From: Acinetobacter phage AM24
Length of the DNA stretch: 64,000 nucleotides
Sequence record: KY000079.2
Direction: 5' to 3' (one strand)
Part shown: positions 46,843 to 56,427 of the stretch, in pieces
Position numbering within the stretch: position 1 is the first letter of the stretch
Layout of the letters: each line of letters starts with the position of its first letter
Made by a program: the position numbers and the translations under genes
Notes under the pieces: generated by a model
Database searches by the model: none
What the model was told of the DNA's origin: nothing
Seen by the model: the letters and a program-made list of their open reading frames with translations, nothing else

Positions 46843-48306
46843 ATGGCTAGAACTGTAAATGGAGTTTTACAAAGAGATTCTTTATCAGATATTAGAACAA
46901 AGCTAAGAACCAAAGCTGTTGAGATTTTCCAAGAAGTTACACCTTATGGTCAATCAGTTGATACAGACCCAGCTTCTATTTTAGGTAGATGGATTGATAT
47001 TAATGCTGAAGCAAAATACGACCTTGAAGAAATAACTGAGTATCTTATTAATATGGCTGACTTAGACACAGCCGAAGGTAACAAACTTGAAGACATTACC
47101 AGTTTAGGTGGTATTGATAGATTACAGTCAACAGCTTCTCAGGTTTTACTTGTTGTTGTAGCTAAACCATATACAGTTATCCCAGCAGGTTCATTCATTA
47201 AGAGTGCTTACACTAACGACACTTTCTCAACCGACTATGAAATTCAAATCCAATCGACACAAGGAGAAGGCGGTGTTTTTGGTTATGACCTCAATGTTGC
47301 TGACTCTAGTGATCCAAACTTTAACTACGTCTTCACATGGCAACGAGATTCATCTCCGAGCACAAACATTAATGTTAATGTACAACGTGGCACTGGTTCT
47401 TTTGACTCTTTTCTACAACTGCTTGTAGATACAATCAATCAAACAACCGATGATGTATTTGCTGAGATATCTTCAGATGGATACCTTAAGATCACTACAA
47501 CAGATTACAATGAAACAATATCACTAAAATTAACAGCAAGTCAAGTTGTTAATGTTTACCAAGGTGTTGAAGCAACCTGTACTAACTTAGGTGCTGTATC
47601 GGCTGATGCTGGTACTTTAACTTCAATTCAAAGTCCTGTTAATGGTTGGTTATCAGTTAATAACCCTTTTGATGCTTCTATTGGTTCAGAAATTCAAACC
47701 GATGAAGAATTGAGAGATTACTACAAAGCAGCTAAAAACTTTGGTGGGTCAAGTACTTTGAATGCTCTTCAAGCTTCCTTGTACAGAGTCTCAGGCGTTA
47801 AATACGTTTATATCAGTGAGAACACATCTAACATTACTACCACAATGCCTTCACACTCATTCAGTGCTGTAGTTCTTGGTGGAAGAAGAGATGATATCGC
47901 ACAGGTTATCTTCGAAAATAAACCTCTAGGTATTAACTCTTTTGGTTCTTCTGAAGGTAATGCTGTTGATATCAATGGAAACAACTACACTGTTAATTTT
48001 AGTCGGCCTGAGTTTGTTCCTATTGCTATCAGAATCAGTCTTACACAACAAGCTGGTTTCGAAAATAGTAACTACGATCAAATTAGACAGAATATTATCA
48101 ATTATCTAAACAGTATGCAATATGGTGGAGGGGTTGTTTCAATATCAAGACTTTATACACCAATTAATGCGGTGCCAAACCACTATATTAATAGTTTGGA
48201 AATTGGTCGAATAGTGAATGGTGTACCTGAATATGGAACATCAAACATTACTCTTCAATATAATGAGATACCAACAATCAATCCAGAAAACATCCAATTC
48301 TACTAG
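46843..48306 (+). CDS. baseplate J-like protein
   Basis: 487 aa. Size and position. Confidence 0.5.
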   Translation: MARTVNGVLQRDSLSDIRTKLRTKAVEIFQEVTPYGQSVDTDPASILGRWIDINAEAKYDLEEITEYLINMADLDTAEGNKLEDITSLGGIDRLQSTASQVLLVVVAKPYTVIPAGSFIKSAYTNDTFSTDYEIQIQSTQGEGGVFGYDLNVADSSDPNFNYVFTWQRDSSPSTNINVNVQRGTGSFDSFLQLLVDTINQTTDDVFAEISSDGYLKITTTDYNETISLKLTASQVVNVYQGVEATCTNLGAVSADAGTLTSIQSPVNGWLSVNNPFDASIGSEIQTDEELRDYYKAAKNFGGSSTLNALQASLYRVSGVKYVYISENTSNITTTMPSHSFSAVVLGGRRDDIAQVIFENKPLGINSFGSSEGNAVDINGNNYTVNFSRPEFVPIAIRISLTQQAGFENSNYDQIRQNIINYLNSMQYGGGVVSISRLYTPINAVPNHYINSLEIGRIVNGVPEYGTSNITLQYNEIPTINPENIQFY

Positions 48307-48314
48307 GAGGTTAT

Positions 48315-48941
48315 ATGATAGATCATAGCTTCACAGAAAAAGCTCGATCAAGATATACAGGAACTTTTAAGGGTGATGGTGTTTTTGATTGTGCAGTTAG
48401 AACTGGTATTGCATATGAACAAGATTGCTTAGATCAGTTTGATGACTTTGTTGATAAGCTTTTCAACATTGAAAAATCTTCTGGTTTGATGTTGGACCTT
48501 ATAGGGAAAATTGTAGGTCAGGATAGGGTTTTAATTTCTTACACTGACCAAAAGAATTTTGGTTTCTTAGGTCACCCCTTGGCAGAATCCTTTGGTACAA
48601 AAGCAAATCCAAATATTGGTGGTTATTGGAAGAGTTCTTCGTCTTCCAGCACTATTTATAGGAAGATGGCTGATGATACTTACAGGACTGTCTTGAGGGC
48701 AAGAATTGCATCAAATATCTCTAGAGGAACTATCAATGACTTCCTCAGAGTTATAAATATTCTTACTGGTCACACCAGATCTCAAATTATTGAGGGTCCT
48801 GAAAGTGGTAGTGTAACTTTGGTAATCCCTTCGGGTAATGCAACATTAGTTCAATATTATTATACACGTATAGGACAACCAGATCAAATTCTGCCAATTC
48901 CTGTAGGTGTTAGTTTAAAAGTTATTATTGTAGAGGAATAA
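48315..48941 (+). CDS. baseplate/tail fibre attachment protein (gpI-like)
   Basis: 208 aa. Position. Confidence 0.4.
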   Translation: MIDHSFTEKARSRYTGTFKGDGVFDCAVRTGIAYEQDCLDQFDDFVDKLFNIEKSSGLMLDLIGKIVGQDRVLISYTDQKNFGFLGHPLAESFGTKANPNIGGYWKSSSSSSTIYRKMADDTYRTVLRARIASNISRGTINDFLRVINILTGHTRSQIIEGPESGSVTLVIPSGNATLVQYYYTRIGQPDQILPIPVGVSLKVIIVEE

Positions 48942-48942
48942 A

Positions 48943-50031
48943 ATGGCAAGAATTAACAAGCCCAACGACTACAATGTTATTTGGGCACAATCAGGTGGTA
49001 AATCTGATATTACAGCTAAGATTCCTGAAGGTTGGGTTGTTGAGATTCCTGACTTTGAAGATATGAACGCCCTTCAGTACAGACAAGATAGAGCCATTGC
49101 TTATCTTCTACAAGCTGGTGTTCCTGAGTGGGGTTCTAGTAGTGTTTACTATGTAAACCAAATTACAAACAGAAGCGGTGTATTGTATAGAGCTATTCAA
49201 GAAAACCAAGGAAGAGACCCTTCAACCTCAGTTGCTAATGGTTATTGGGAAAAATTATCACCTTCTTATGCTGAGTTCACAACACTTCAAAATAGGATAA
49301 ACTCAACAGATCCATTCTCACAATACATCCTTAAAACTCAACCAGTAGTTTCTGTATCTATAGGTGCTACTGGTTATCGGTCCAACATTGAGCCAACGAC
49401 AGGTATGTTCTTTAATGGAACCGAGATGGAGTTTAGAAAATCAGGAACAACAACAGCAGTTATCCCTCCAGAAACATTGAGTATTGAGGATAATAGCAGA
49501 AACTTAGCAACAACTGCTTGGGTAAAATCTTTAATTGCAGACGAGATTTCTAAAGTTACAACTAAGTTCCAGATTGGTATCGGTGAATCAATTATCAGTA
49601 ATAACCCACAAAACCCAGCAACAACTAAAGGTTATGGTGTTTGGGCTTTAGATTGCCAAGGTAGAACAATTGTAGGTGTTTCACAAAATACACCAGACCC
49701 TACTTGGACGAAAACTGTAAATAGTTTGTTTGGTGCTTACACAAACACATTAACTACAGATAATATCCCACCACATAGACACTTTGCCGTAAGAATTGGT
49801 AACCCTATTGGCGATATGTCTTTAACTAATAATGTCTTTGTGAATGCACACAGAACCAACTCTGATTATAACGGATATATTGCTGGTTCAACAAACCCAA
49901 GTGAGATTCCAAATACAGGTGTGACATCAAATCCAATTGGAACTGATGGTCAACCTATCGGTGGGACAGCAGCGTCTTTTAGTAATGTTCAGCCATCACA
50001 AACCAAGTATATCTGGACAAGAATCGCTTAA
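48943..50031 (+). CDS. tail fibre protein
   Basis: 362 aa, Thr/Asn/Gly-rich beta-type sequence. Lies downstream of the baseplate genes. Confidence 0.5.
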   Translation: MARINKPNDYNVIWAQSGGKSDITAKIPEGWVVEIPDFEDMNALQYRQDRAIAYLLQAGVPEWGSSSVYYVNQITNRSGVLYRAIQENQGRDPSTSVANGYWEKLSPSYAEFTTLQNRINSTDPFSQYILKTQPVVSVSIGATGYRSNIEPTTGMFFNGTEMEFRKSGTTTAVIPPETLSIEDNSRNLATTAWVKSLIADEISKVTTKFQIGIGESIISNNPQNPATTKGYGVWALDCQGRTIVGVSQNTPDPTWTKTVNSLFGAYTNTLTTDNIPPHRHFAVRIGNPIGDMSLTNNVFVNAHRTNSDYNGYIAGSTNPSEIPNTGVTSNPIGTDGQPIGGTAASFSNVQPSQTKYIWTRIA

Positions 50032-50043
50032 TTAGGAGTAGGA

Positions 50044-50430
50044 GTGATGGAGATATTTTCAATTAGTACAGCTATTGCCTTCATCAAACCTATAATTCCA
50101 AATATCATCGGTGGTGCTTTATCCATTAAGGATGAGATAACAAGTGGTGCTAAAGAACAATCTTTCAAGAGGTACTTTGTTCTTTTCATTATGTTTATCT
50201 TGGCAGTATCTTTTGGGTACTACCTTGGTGGCTTTATTATTGAGTATTTGAAGATAGAGAAATGGAGTGGTGACTTGCCCACATTCTCTTATGCAATGAT
50301 CATGATATTAGCCACAGCATCGAGTCTAAGGTTTATTAAGAAATTCACAAGCCGTATCGAAGAAGTATTGGATTTAATCTTTGATGGTTTTATCGGCTTG
50401 ATCAAAACCATATTTAAGATGGATAAGTGA
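50044..50430 (+). CDS. membrane protein (holin candidate)
   Basis: 128 aa with three hydrophobic helices. Confidence 0.35.
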   Translation: MMEIFSISTAIAFIKPIIPNIIGGALSIKDEITSGAKEQSFKRYFVLFIMFILAVSFGYYLGGFIIEYLKIEKWSGDLPTFSYAMIMILATASSLRFIKKFTSRIEEVLDLIFDGFIGLIKTIFKMDK

Positions 50431-50451
50431 TAGCCATGAAGGAGTTATCGA

Positions 50452-50778
50452 ATGAATAACATTATCGACAGTATTACTGCATCTTTTGTTGGAATAGCTT
50501 TGTTGCTAACCCCAACAGTTGTATTCCAAGGGGTGATGGTTGCACTTGTCGCCTTTTTCATTTGGATTGAGTATTTCTCAAAGAAATTTGATAAGAATGG
50601 TTTTATGTATGTGATGTTCACATTTATAGGAATGTCAGCATCCATACTCTATTACTATGCCCCTAGTATTCAGACCGATTTTGGTTGGACTATAGCGTTA
50701 ATTACATTTAGTTTATACACAATATACTTCTTAAAGTATATTTGGAGAATGAGAAAAGATAATCGCACAGGAGATTAG
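50452..50778 (+). CDS. membrane protein (holin candidate)
   Basis: 108 aa with three or four hydrophobic helices and a charged C-terminus (RMRKDNRTGD). Confidence 0.4.
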   Translation: MNNIIDSITASFVGIALLLTPTVVFQGVMVALVAFFIWIEYFSKKFDKNGFMYVMFTFIGMSASILYYYAPSIQTDFGWTIALITFSLYTIYFLKYIWRMRKDNRTGD

Positions 50779-50779
50779 A

Positions 50780-52024
50780 ATGGAACAACTTGTTTTAAAT
50801 ATTAATAAAGTCCCTGTTGTGGAAGCCTCTCAATTTAAATACTCAGACCATATTTTTGTTTCAGTTAATGGTCAATTTAAAAGAATGAAAAGAACTGATC
50901 TCCTTACCTTATTGAGTGCTGATGTTAAAGGTGAAAAAGGTGATAGAGGTCCGATTGGTTTACAAGGTAGGACTGGAGCTACAGGTGCAACTGGGGCCAC
51001 AGGAGCTACAGGTGCAACTGGAGATAAAGGTGTTAAGGGAGATCGTGGAGATGCTGGTTTCCGAGGATGGTCACCAGTCTTCAAATCTGTAGCTGACTCT
51101 GGATCTATCTACCTATACCTAAGTGATTGGGTTGGTGGTGAAAATACAAAACCTGATGTTCTAGGTTATATCTCACCTACAGGGATTGTAAACTATATCT
51201 CTGAGGGCGCAACTGCAATCAACACTGACTTTGCACCACAAATCAATGACCTTCAAACAAGTAAACTAGATGTTGGCTCTACAACTAGTGCTATCCCTGA
51301 AGGTTCAAACTTATATTATACAGATGCACGAGTTCGTGCTGCAACCCTTACAGGTCTCTCTACTGCGACCTCTACAGCTATTGCAGCGACTGATACTGTA
51401 TTAAGTGCATTTGGCAAGGCACAGGCTCAACTTAACCTTAAACAGAACAGTGCAAGCTTAGGAACAGATGTACAAGCTACAGTTCTATCTACTTACACTG
51501 TTGGTGGTAATACAGCAATTGCCAACACTGATACCATAGCAGCAGCTTTTGGTAAAGCTCAAGGGCAAATTAATGCTAGACAACTTTCAGCCAATCTTTC
51601 ATCTGATGTTCAGGCGTTAGTACTTTCAAGTTATGTTGTTGGTTCTAACACAGCTTTAGCCAATACAGATACTTTCATTGCTGCTCTTGGCAAGTTGCAA
51701 GGTCAGATCAATGCTAGAGAGGTAGCTGCCAATGTACCAGCAGATGTTAGGGCAACAGTTCTTACAGGTCTCTCTACAGCGACCTCTACAGCAATTACTG
51801 CTACAGATACTGTCTTGTCAGCCTTCGGGAAATTACAAGCCCAAGTCAACTTGAAACAAGACTCATCTACCCTAGCTGCAAATGTAAGATCAACAACCCT
51901 TACAGGTTTCTCTGCAACACCAAACTCAGCAGTAGTTGCAGCAGATACACTATTGGCAGCAATAGGAAAATTACAGGCTCAAGTTGATAGTTTATCTTCT
52001 AGAGTAACAGCACTAGGAGGATAA
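50780..52024 (+). CDS. collagen-like tail fibre protein
   Basis: 15 consecutive G-X-Y triplets (GEKGDRGPIGLQGRTGATGATGATGATGATGDKGVKGDRGDAGFRG), then about five 38-aa repeats of the form VLTGLSTATSTAI.ATDTVLSAFGKLQAQ.NLKQ. Confidence 0.6.
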   Translation: MEQLVLNINKVPVVEASQFKYSDHIFVSVNGQFKRMKRTDLLTLLSADVKGEKGDRGPIGLQGRTGATGATGATGATGATGDKGVKGDRGDAGFRGWSPVFKSVADSGSIYLYLSDWVGGENTKPDVLGYISPTGIVNYISEGATAINTDFAPQINDLQTSKLDVGSTTSAIPEGSNLYYTDARVRAATLTGLSTATSTAIAATDTVLSAFGKAQAQLNLKQNSASLGTDVQATVLSTYTVGGNTAIANTDTIAAAFGKAQGQINARQLSANLSSDVQALVLSSYVVGSNTALANTDTFIAALGKLQGQINAREVAANVPADVRATVLTGLSTATSTAITATDTVLSAFGKLQAQVNLKQDSSTLAANVRSTTLTGFSATPNSAVVAADTLLAAIGKLQAQVDSLSSRVTALGG

Positions 52025-52025
52025 T

Positions 52026-52592
52026 ATGGCAACAACTTTTCTAGAGGAAACTGTGGAAGTTTCAATTTCTCGTGAAGAGGCACCAACAACCTCTTCAGGA
52101 GTTGACCTAAGAAATATTTTAATTGTTAGTGACAACCCTAGATATTCAGATAGTCATCGAGTTTACTCATCTGTTTCTGAAATGAAAATGGATGGTTTCA
52201 CCAGTGATGACTTCGCTTTAAAATTTGCTGCTCTTTACTTCCCAAACACAACAATACCCTACGATAGACCAAAGCTTATTGTATCTGGTGGTGCTCTTCT
52301 AACAGACTACCATGAATATATTAACAAGATATCTCAAGTATTGCAATCAACAGATAACTTTGGATTGATTATTACTGATGGTTTATATAGGGGCTTGACT
52401 GAGGAACAGGGTGCCAACTTTGTAATTAATGTTGCCCAGTATGTTGAAACTACTGAGAAGTTTTATGCAGTTTTTCTCGACAATAGATTTATGCCTGAAT
52501 ACAAAAAATTCATCCACACAGCTAGTGACGATGTTGTACTAACAGAATCACCTGAAGGATTATTGACAGAGAGTTCTTTTGTCAAAGAGTAA
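52026..52592 (+). CDS. hypothetical protein (fibre-associated?)
   Basis: 188 aa. ATGG start overlaps the stop of the collagen-like fibre gene. Confidence 0.35.
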   Translation: MATTFLEETVEVSISREEAPTTSSGVDLRNILIVSDNPRYSDSHRVYSSVSEMKMDGFTSDDFALKFAALYFPNTTIPYDRPKLIVSGGALLTDYHEYINKISQVLQSTDNFGLIITDGLYRGLTEEQGANFVINVAQYVETTEKFYAVFLDNRFMPEYKKFIHTASDDVVLTESPEGLLTESSFVKE

Positions 52593-52618
52593 TTCAAGGC
52601 AGTTAAAAGGAGTTTAAC

Positions 52619-53293
52619 ATGGACATTTTAAAATTTAACTCTCGTGGTGATTTAGTAGTTCACCTACAGAAAAAACTTGCATCATTAGGCTATAAGTTAA
52701 ACCCAGATGGGATCTTTGGAAAGGCCACTCAAGAAGCTGTTATTCATTTCCAAAGACAAAATGGTTTAACTTCTGATGGTATCGTTGGCAAGTTAACTTG
52801 GTCTATGTTGGACTCTAAAACTTCATCAATAGGTAAAACTAGAACAATTAGCCAAAACGGTATTAACTTTATAAAAAGTTTTGAGGGTTTAAGACTACGT
52901 GCTTATGACGATGGTGTTGGGGTGATCACTATTGGTTATGGCACAACTCGTTATCCAAATGGTCATAAAGTTCAATTAGGCGATACCTGCACTGAAAAAC
53001 AGGCAGAACAGTACTTATCCAATGATTTAGTCAAGTTTGAAAAGGCTGTTAATGAACTAGTCAAAGTTCCAGTCAATCAAAACCAATATGATGCACTTGT
53101 TAGCTTCACATACAATGTTGGAGTAGGTGCACTATCAACAAGTAAGGCTTTAAAGCTTCTAAATGCTGGTGATTACACTGGTTGTGCTAAAGCAATGCTT
53201 TCTTGGAATAAGGGTCGTGTTGGTGGAAAACTTGTTGAAATCGGTGGTCTAACCAGAAGAAGAAATGCAGAAAAGGATTTATTTTTAAAATAA
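52619..53293 (+). CDS. endolysin (PG_binding_1 domain + GH24 lysozyme)
   Basis: An N-terminal peptidoglycan-binding repeat (LQKKLASLGYKLNPDGIFGKATQEAVIHFQRQNGLTSDGIVGKLTW), then a T4-lysozyme-like core (FEGLRLRAYDDGVGVITIGYGTT). Confidence 0.8.
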   Translation: MDILKFNSRGDLVVHLQKKLASLGYKLNPDGIFGKATQEAVIHFQRQNGLTSDGIVGKLTWSMLDSKTSSIGKTRTISQNGINFIKSFEGLRLRAYDDGVGVITIGYGTTRYPNGHKVQLGDTCTEKQAEQYLSNDLVKFEKAVNELVKVPVNQNQYDALVSFTYNVGVGALSTSKALKLLNAGDYTGCAKAMLSWNKGRVGGKLVEIGGLTRRRNAEKDLFLK

Positions 53294-53307
53294 TCAAGGA
53301 GTGATTT

Positions 53308-53589
53308 ATGGCTGATGTTTTAGTATCAGGTATCAAAATTTCAGAAATGGACCTTGTTAATGAAGTTCAAGGTTCAGAAAAGGTCCCTACAGACCAAGTT
53401 GGTGATAAAGCTATTAGTATTGATCAAATACTTACTTATGTCAACAACAAAGTAAAACCAACTTGGGGAAACATCCAAGGTGATATTAATACACAGACTG
53501 ATTTAATCAACCTTATAACTAACCAAAATGCAGCCTTGATGAATGAGGTCGAACAACTTAAAATCAGGGTTTCACAACTAGAAACCTAA
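53308..53589 (+). CDS. small protein sharing the tail-fibre N-terminal module
   Basis: 93 aa. The N-terminus MADVLVSGIKISEMDL...PTDQVGD matches that of the 848-aa fibre (19770). A coiled-coil-like tail follows. Confidence 0.4.
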   Translation: MADVLVSGIKISEMDLVNEVQGSEKVPTDQVGDKAISIDQILTYVNNKVKPTWGNIQGDINTQTDLINLITNQNAALMNEVEQLKIRVSQLET

Positions 53590-53596
53590 AACAAAC

Positions 53597-53625
53597 CCCT
53601 GAAGGAATTCCTTCAGGGGTTTTTC
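53597..53625. terminator. bidirectional rho-independent terminator
   Basis: Perfect hairpin CCCCUGAAGG-aauu-CCUUCAGGGG with a T-run on one side and an A-run on the other. Lies between convergent genes. Confidence 0.65.
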
Positions 53626-53645
53626 TATGGTATATAATTCAAACT

Positions 53646-56417
53646 TTATTGACAGTTTTCACATTCTTCATATCTCTTAATATCACCAGATCCTCGCATA
53701 GAGTAAATGTAATAAAGAGCTAAAATACCATCATTTATTAAAGCATACTTATGAACCTTCATAATATACTCTGGGGTGTCATTGCTTGTAAAGTACAAGT
53801 TGATTGATTGTTGTTGGTCAATATATTGTTGACGCTGAGCACACAAATCAAGATGCTTTAGCATATCAATTTCAAAGGCAGTTCGGAAAACATCTTTCTC
53901 ATGTTGAGTCAGCCAGTGTACATGTTGTACAGAACCCTTATGTTTATTGATGTCGTTTACTACATCTTCATTATAAACACCACGCTCCTTCATGATCTCC
54001 AGAAGGACTTTATTCACCCTCCAGATATCACCTCCAGCACTTTGCTTCACAAACACCATAGCAACATCTAGGCCAATACCTTCGGAAGCCCCTGCCATAA
54101 TCTCTGCTGTTGACTTTGTAGGTGGCATCATCATGGTTGTTGCATTACGGATACCTAGGTGAGCACAACCTTCAGGCATTCCTAATTCACGTGCTAACCA
54201 CTTAGAAGCTGCTAAGGTTTGATCTCGCATACCCTTAAAGATTTCTTCATTAAGCCAGAAACTCTCAAGGCTCCCTACAACAATTCTACGTTTTTGTAGT
54301 AGTGTGTGGAAACCTAATACACCTGTACCAACTGCACGGAATCTCTTGGTGAAGGCTAAGATTTTTCTAAATGCCAAGGCATCCTCTTTATCTTGAACCA
54401 TTCTCTTTTCCATAAACTCAATGTAGTCACTCACATTACAGTCTTGCATAATATGTGCAATAAATGCTAAGTGAGGACATCTTGATTTCCACTCATCGTA
54501 TAAGTCAAGGTTTAAGTTTAGAATTACACAAGAGAATGTATGCTTCTCATCACTACCAAGTAACACTTCTTGGCAATTCATTGTATTCAAACCATTGAAC
54601 ATCAACATGTTACGTTTTGGCTCAAGTGCACAATATGTATCATCAAATCTTCCTTGGTCGATCACTTCATCAACACATACAAATCTTTCAGCAGAACGTT
54701 GAGGTTTTCTTTCACTCCATTTTAGGCGGTGTGTTTTTAAACCTAACTGACTCAACTTAAAGAGACCTGTACTCGATACAAGAAGACGATAAGCATCTTG
54801 GCATTCATACAGTCCTTTATCACCTGTACCATTATTGAGAGGTAATTCTTTTAGACCACCTACATCCCTCAAGACAACCTTTGAAGAAACACCAAGTGTT
54901 TGTAACATCAATTGCACATCTTGTAAGAATGTCTTGTGAATGCTTACCACTTGGATAGATTCATTTTCACCATTACGAGCAATAGTTCCATCTGAATCTA
55001 GGAGTCCAGCAAACCATTCCAATCGGCTTTCAATAGTGTACTCAGATGTTGGTACAAAGAATTTATCCTTAAGCCCTTCACTGTGAGTAAGCTTAATACG
55101 ATCACCACCTTGAAGTCCTGACACTGAAGAAACGCAAGTTATATTTTCAAGTAACTCCTTCTTCTTACCATACAAGTATGTGTGTTTTTTACCTTTGTAT
55201 TCAAAACCATCACCAGTGAAGAATCCATTAGTGTAAGCATGTTCGAGGGCCTTGTCACCTAAAATAACTGGTAGATCAAATTTAGATAGTCGATCACCAG
55301 ACTTCAACTCGTAGGCACGTTTAATGACCTCATTGCCATCCTCACCAACAACCTTAAAGCGGTGATACTCTGTGCAATCTAATTCATACCCTGAATCAGT
55401 TACCACTTTAACTAACTTCTGATTTTCACCAGTTTTGATAATTGTCACTTCAGACCATTCAAAACCATTCCACACCTCGATCTGCTGTCCCTCAAGGTCA
55501 GAAATCGTTTGATATCCACTTTTAGTTAAGATTAACGTCTCAGGTGAAACACATAAGTTTGATGCCTTAGCAGTCATACCTGCATCTTTAAATGCCTGAG
55601 CTAAGTGGCGGTTCATTTCATCAATCTTAGTGAAGTAACCCTTACCACGCTGCATCTTGATAGCAATAGCTTTAGCTAATAGAGCAACTGCTTCTGGGTC
55701 ATCCTTGACTAACTTCTCAATGTACTCGTCCTTACATAACCATGCTGGGTTATTACTTTCAGGTCGTTTGAATAGGTACTTTAAAACTTCCTCAAACTCA
55801 GGATGTTCAATACTAACAGCATAAGATAAACTACCTCTACGGCTACCTTGAACAACCTCATCCATACAATTAATCAAGTCACGAATGACAGGCATCACCC
55901 CACCACCATAACCACCCCTAGGTAGTTTCTTACCTTTATAGGCCCAGTCATCAACTGAGTAAGATGTACCATGCGAATGTTTAGTCAAGATACCTGCTTC
56001 AGTCACACAATCGTAACGAGAGAACAAGTTGTCACCAACATAACCACCAGCACAACTTACTGTTGATCCCCTTTCAGGTAAACCACTGTTCGCCAATAAA
56101 GGAGTTGAACAAGACACATAACCATCCCAAAGTACGTCAAAAAACACTTCCTCCCAAGTTTTACCAGCCGTATAAGTATCCACATTCCACCAAGAAGGGT
56201 ACTTATCTGGTGCATGTTTAGCTAAAGTCTTAGCAATCATTTTATAGCGAGCTTTTACAGTCTCACCATTCCAAGAATACTTTTCAAAGAACAACTGAGT
56301 CCCACCAGTAGTAAACCATTTAGGGATCTCTCCATGTTCTTGTAGTTTTTTTCGAAGTTGACTGTAACTATCAACCCCGTATAATTCTAATGTTTCTAAA
56401 AAAGACAAAACAGCCAC
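53646..56417 (-). CDS. nrdA: ribonucleotide reductase class I alpha subunit, intein-containing
   Basis: Catalytic N-x-C-x-E (SNL-[intein]-CQE) is split by the intein. Also present: the radical-transfer YY pair (LALYYIYS), the C-terminal redox Cys pair (ECENC) and a SC(A)GG motif near the site equivalent to C225. No ATP-cone. Confidence 0.85.
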   Translation of the reverse strand: MAVLSFLETLELYGVDSYSQLRKKLQEHGEIPKWFTTGGTQLFFEKYSWNGETVKARYKMIAKTLAKHAPDKYPSWWNVDTYTAGKTWEEVFFDVLWDGYVSCSTPLLANSGLPERGSTVSCAGGYVGDNLFSRYDCVTEAGILTKHSHGTSYSVDDWAYKGKKLPRGGYGGGVMPVIRDLINCMDEVVQGSRRGSLSYAVSIEHPEFEEVLKYLFKRPESNNPAWLCKDEYIEKLVKDDPEAVALLAKAIAIKMQRGKGYFTKIDEMNRHLAQAFKDAGMTAKASNLCVSPETLILTKSGYQTISDLEGQQIEVWNGFEWSEVTIIKTGENQKLVKVVTDSGYELDCTEYHRFKVVGEDGNEVIKRAYELKSGDRLSKFDLPVILGDKALEHAYTNGFFTGDGFEYKGKKHTYLYGKKKELLENITCVSSVSGLQGGDRIKLTHSEGLKDKFFVPTSEYTIESRLEWFAGLLDSDGTIARNGENESIQVVSIHKTFLQDVQLMLQTLGVSSKVVLRDVGGLKELPLNNGTGDKGLYECQDAYRLLVSSTGLFKLSQLGLKTHRLKWSERKPQRSAERFVCVDEVIDQGRFDDTYCALEPKRNMLMFNGLNTMNCQEVLLGSDEKHTFSCVILNLNLDLYDEWKSRCPHLAFIAHIMQDCNVSDYIEFMEKRMVQDKEDALAFRKILAFTKRFRAVGTGVLGFHTLLQKRRIVVGSLESFWLNEEIFKGMRDQTLAASKWLARELGMPEGCAHLGIRNATTMMMPPTKSTAEIMAGASEGIGLDVAMVFVKQSAGGDIWRVNKVLLEIMKERGVYNEDVVNDINKHKGSVQHVHWLTQHEKDVFRTAFEIDMLKHLDLCAQRQQYIDQQQSINLYFTSNDTPEYIMKVHKYALINDGILALYYIYSMRGSGDIKRYEECENCQ
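54576..55553 (-). mobile_element. intein with LAGLIDADG homing-endonuclease domain (326 aa)
   Basis: Begins with Cys (CVSPETLIL) directly after SNL of the NxCxE motif and ends in ...TMN followed by Cys (+1). Two LAGLIDADG-like motifs are inside (LEHAYTNGFFTGDGF and LEWFAGLLDSDGTI). Removing it restores SNLCQEV. Confidence 0.7.
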
Positions 56418-56427
56418 AAATATCTCC

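Noticed and set aside
53646-56417. Possibility that the 923-aa RNR ORF is two genes or a frameshifted pseudogene.
   Set aside because: The frame is continuous. The insert is bounded exactly by Cys1 and the terminal Asn followed by Cys+1, and the flanks rejoin to the canonical NLCxE, which is best explained by an intein.
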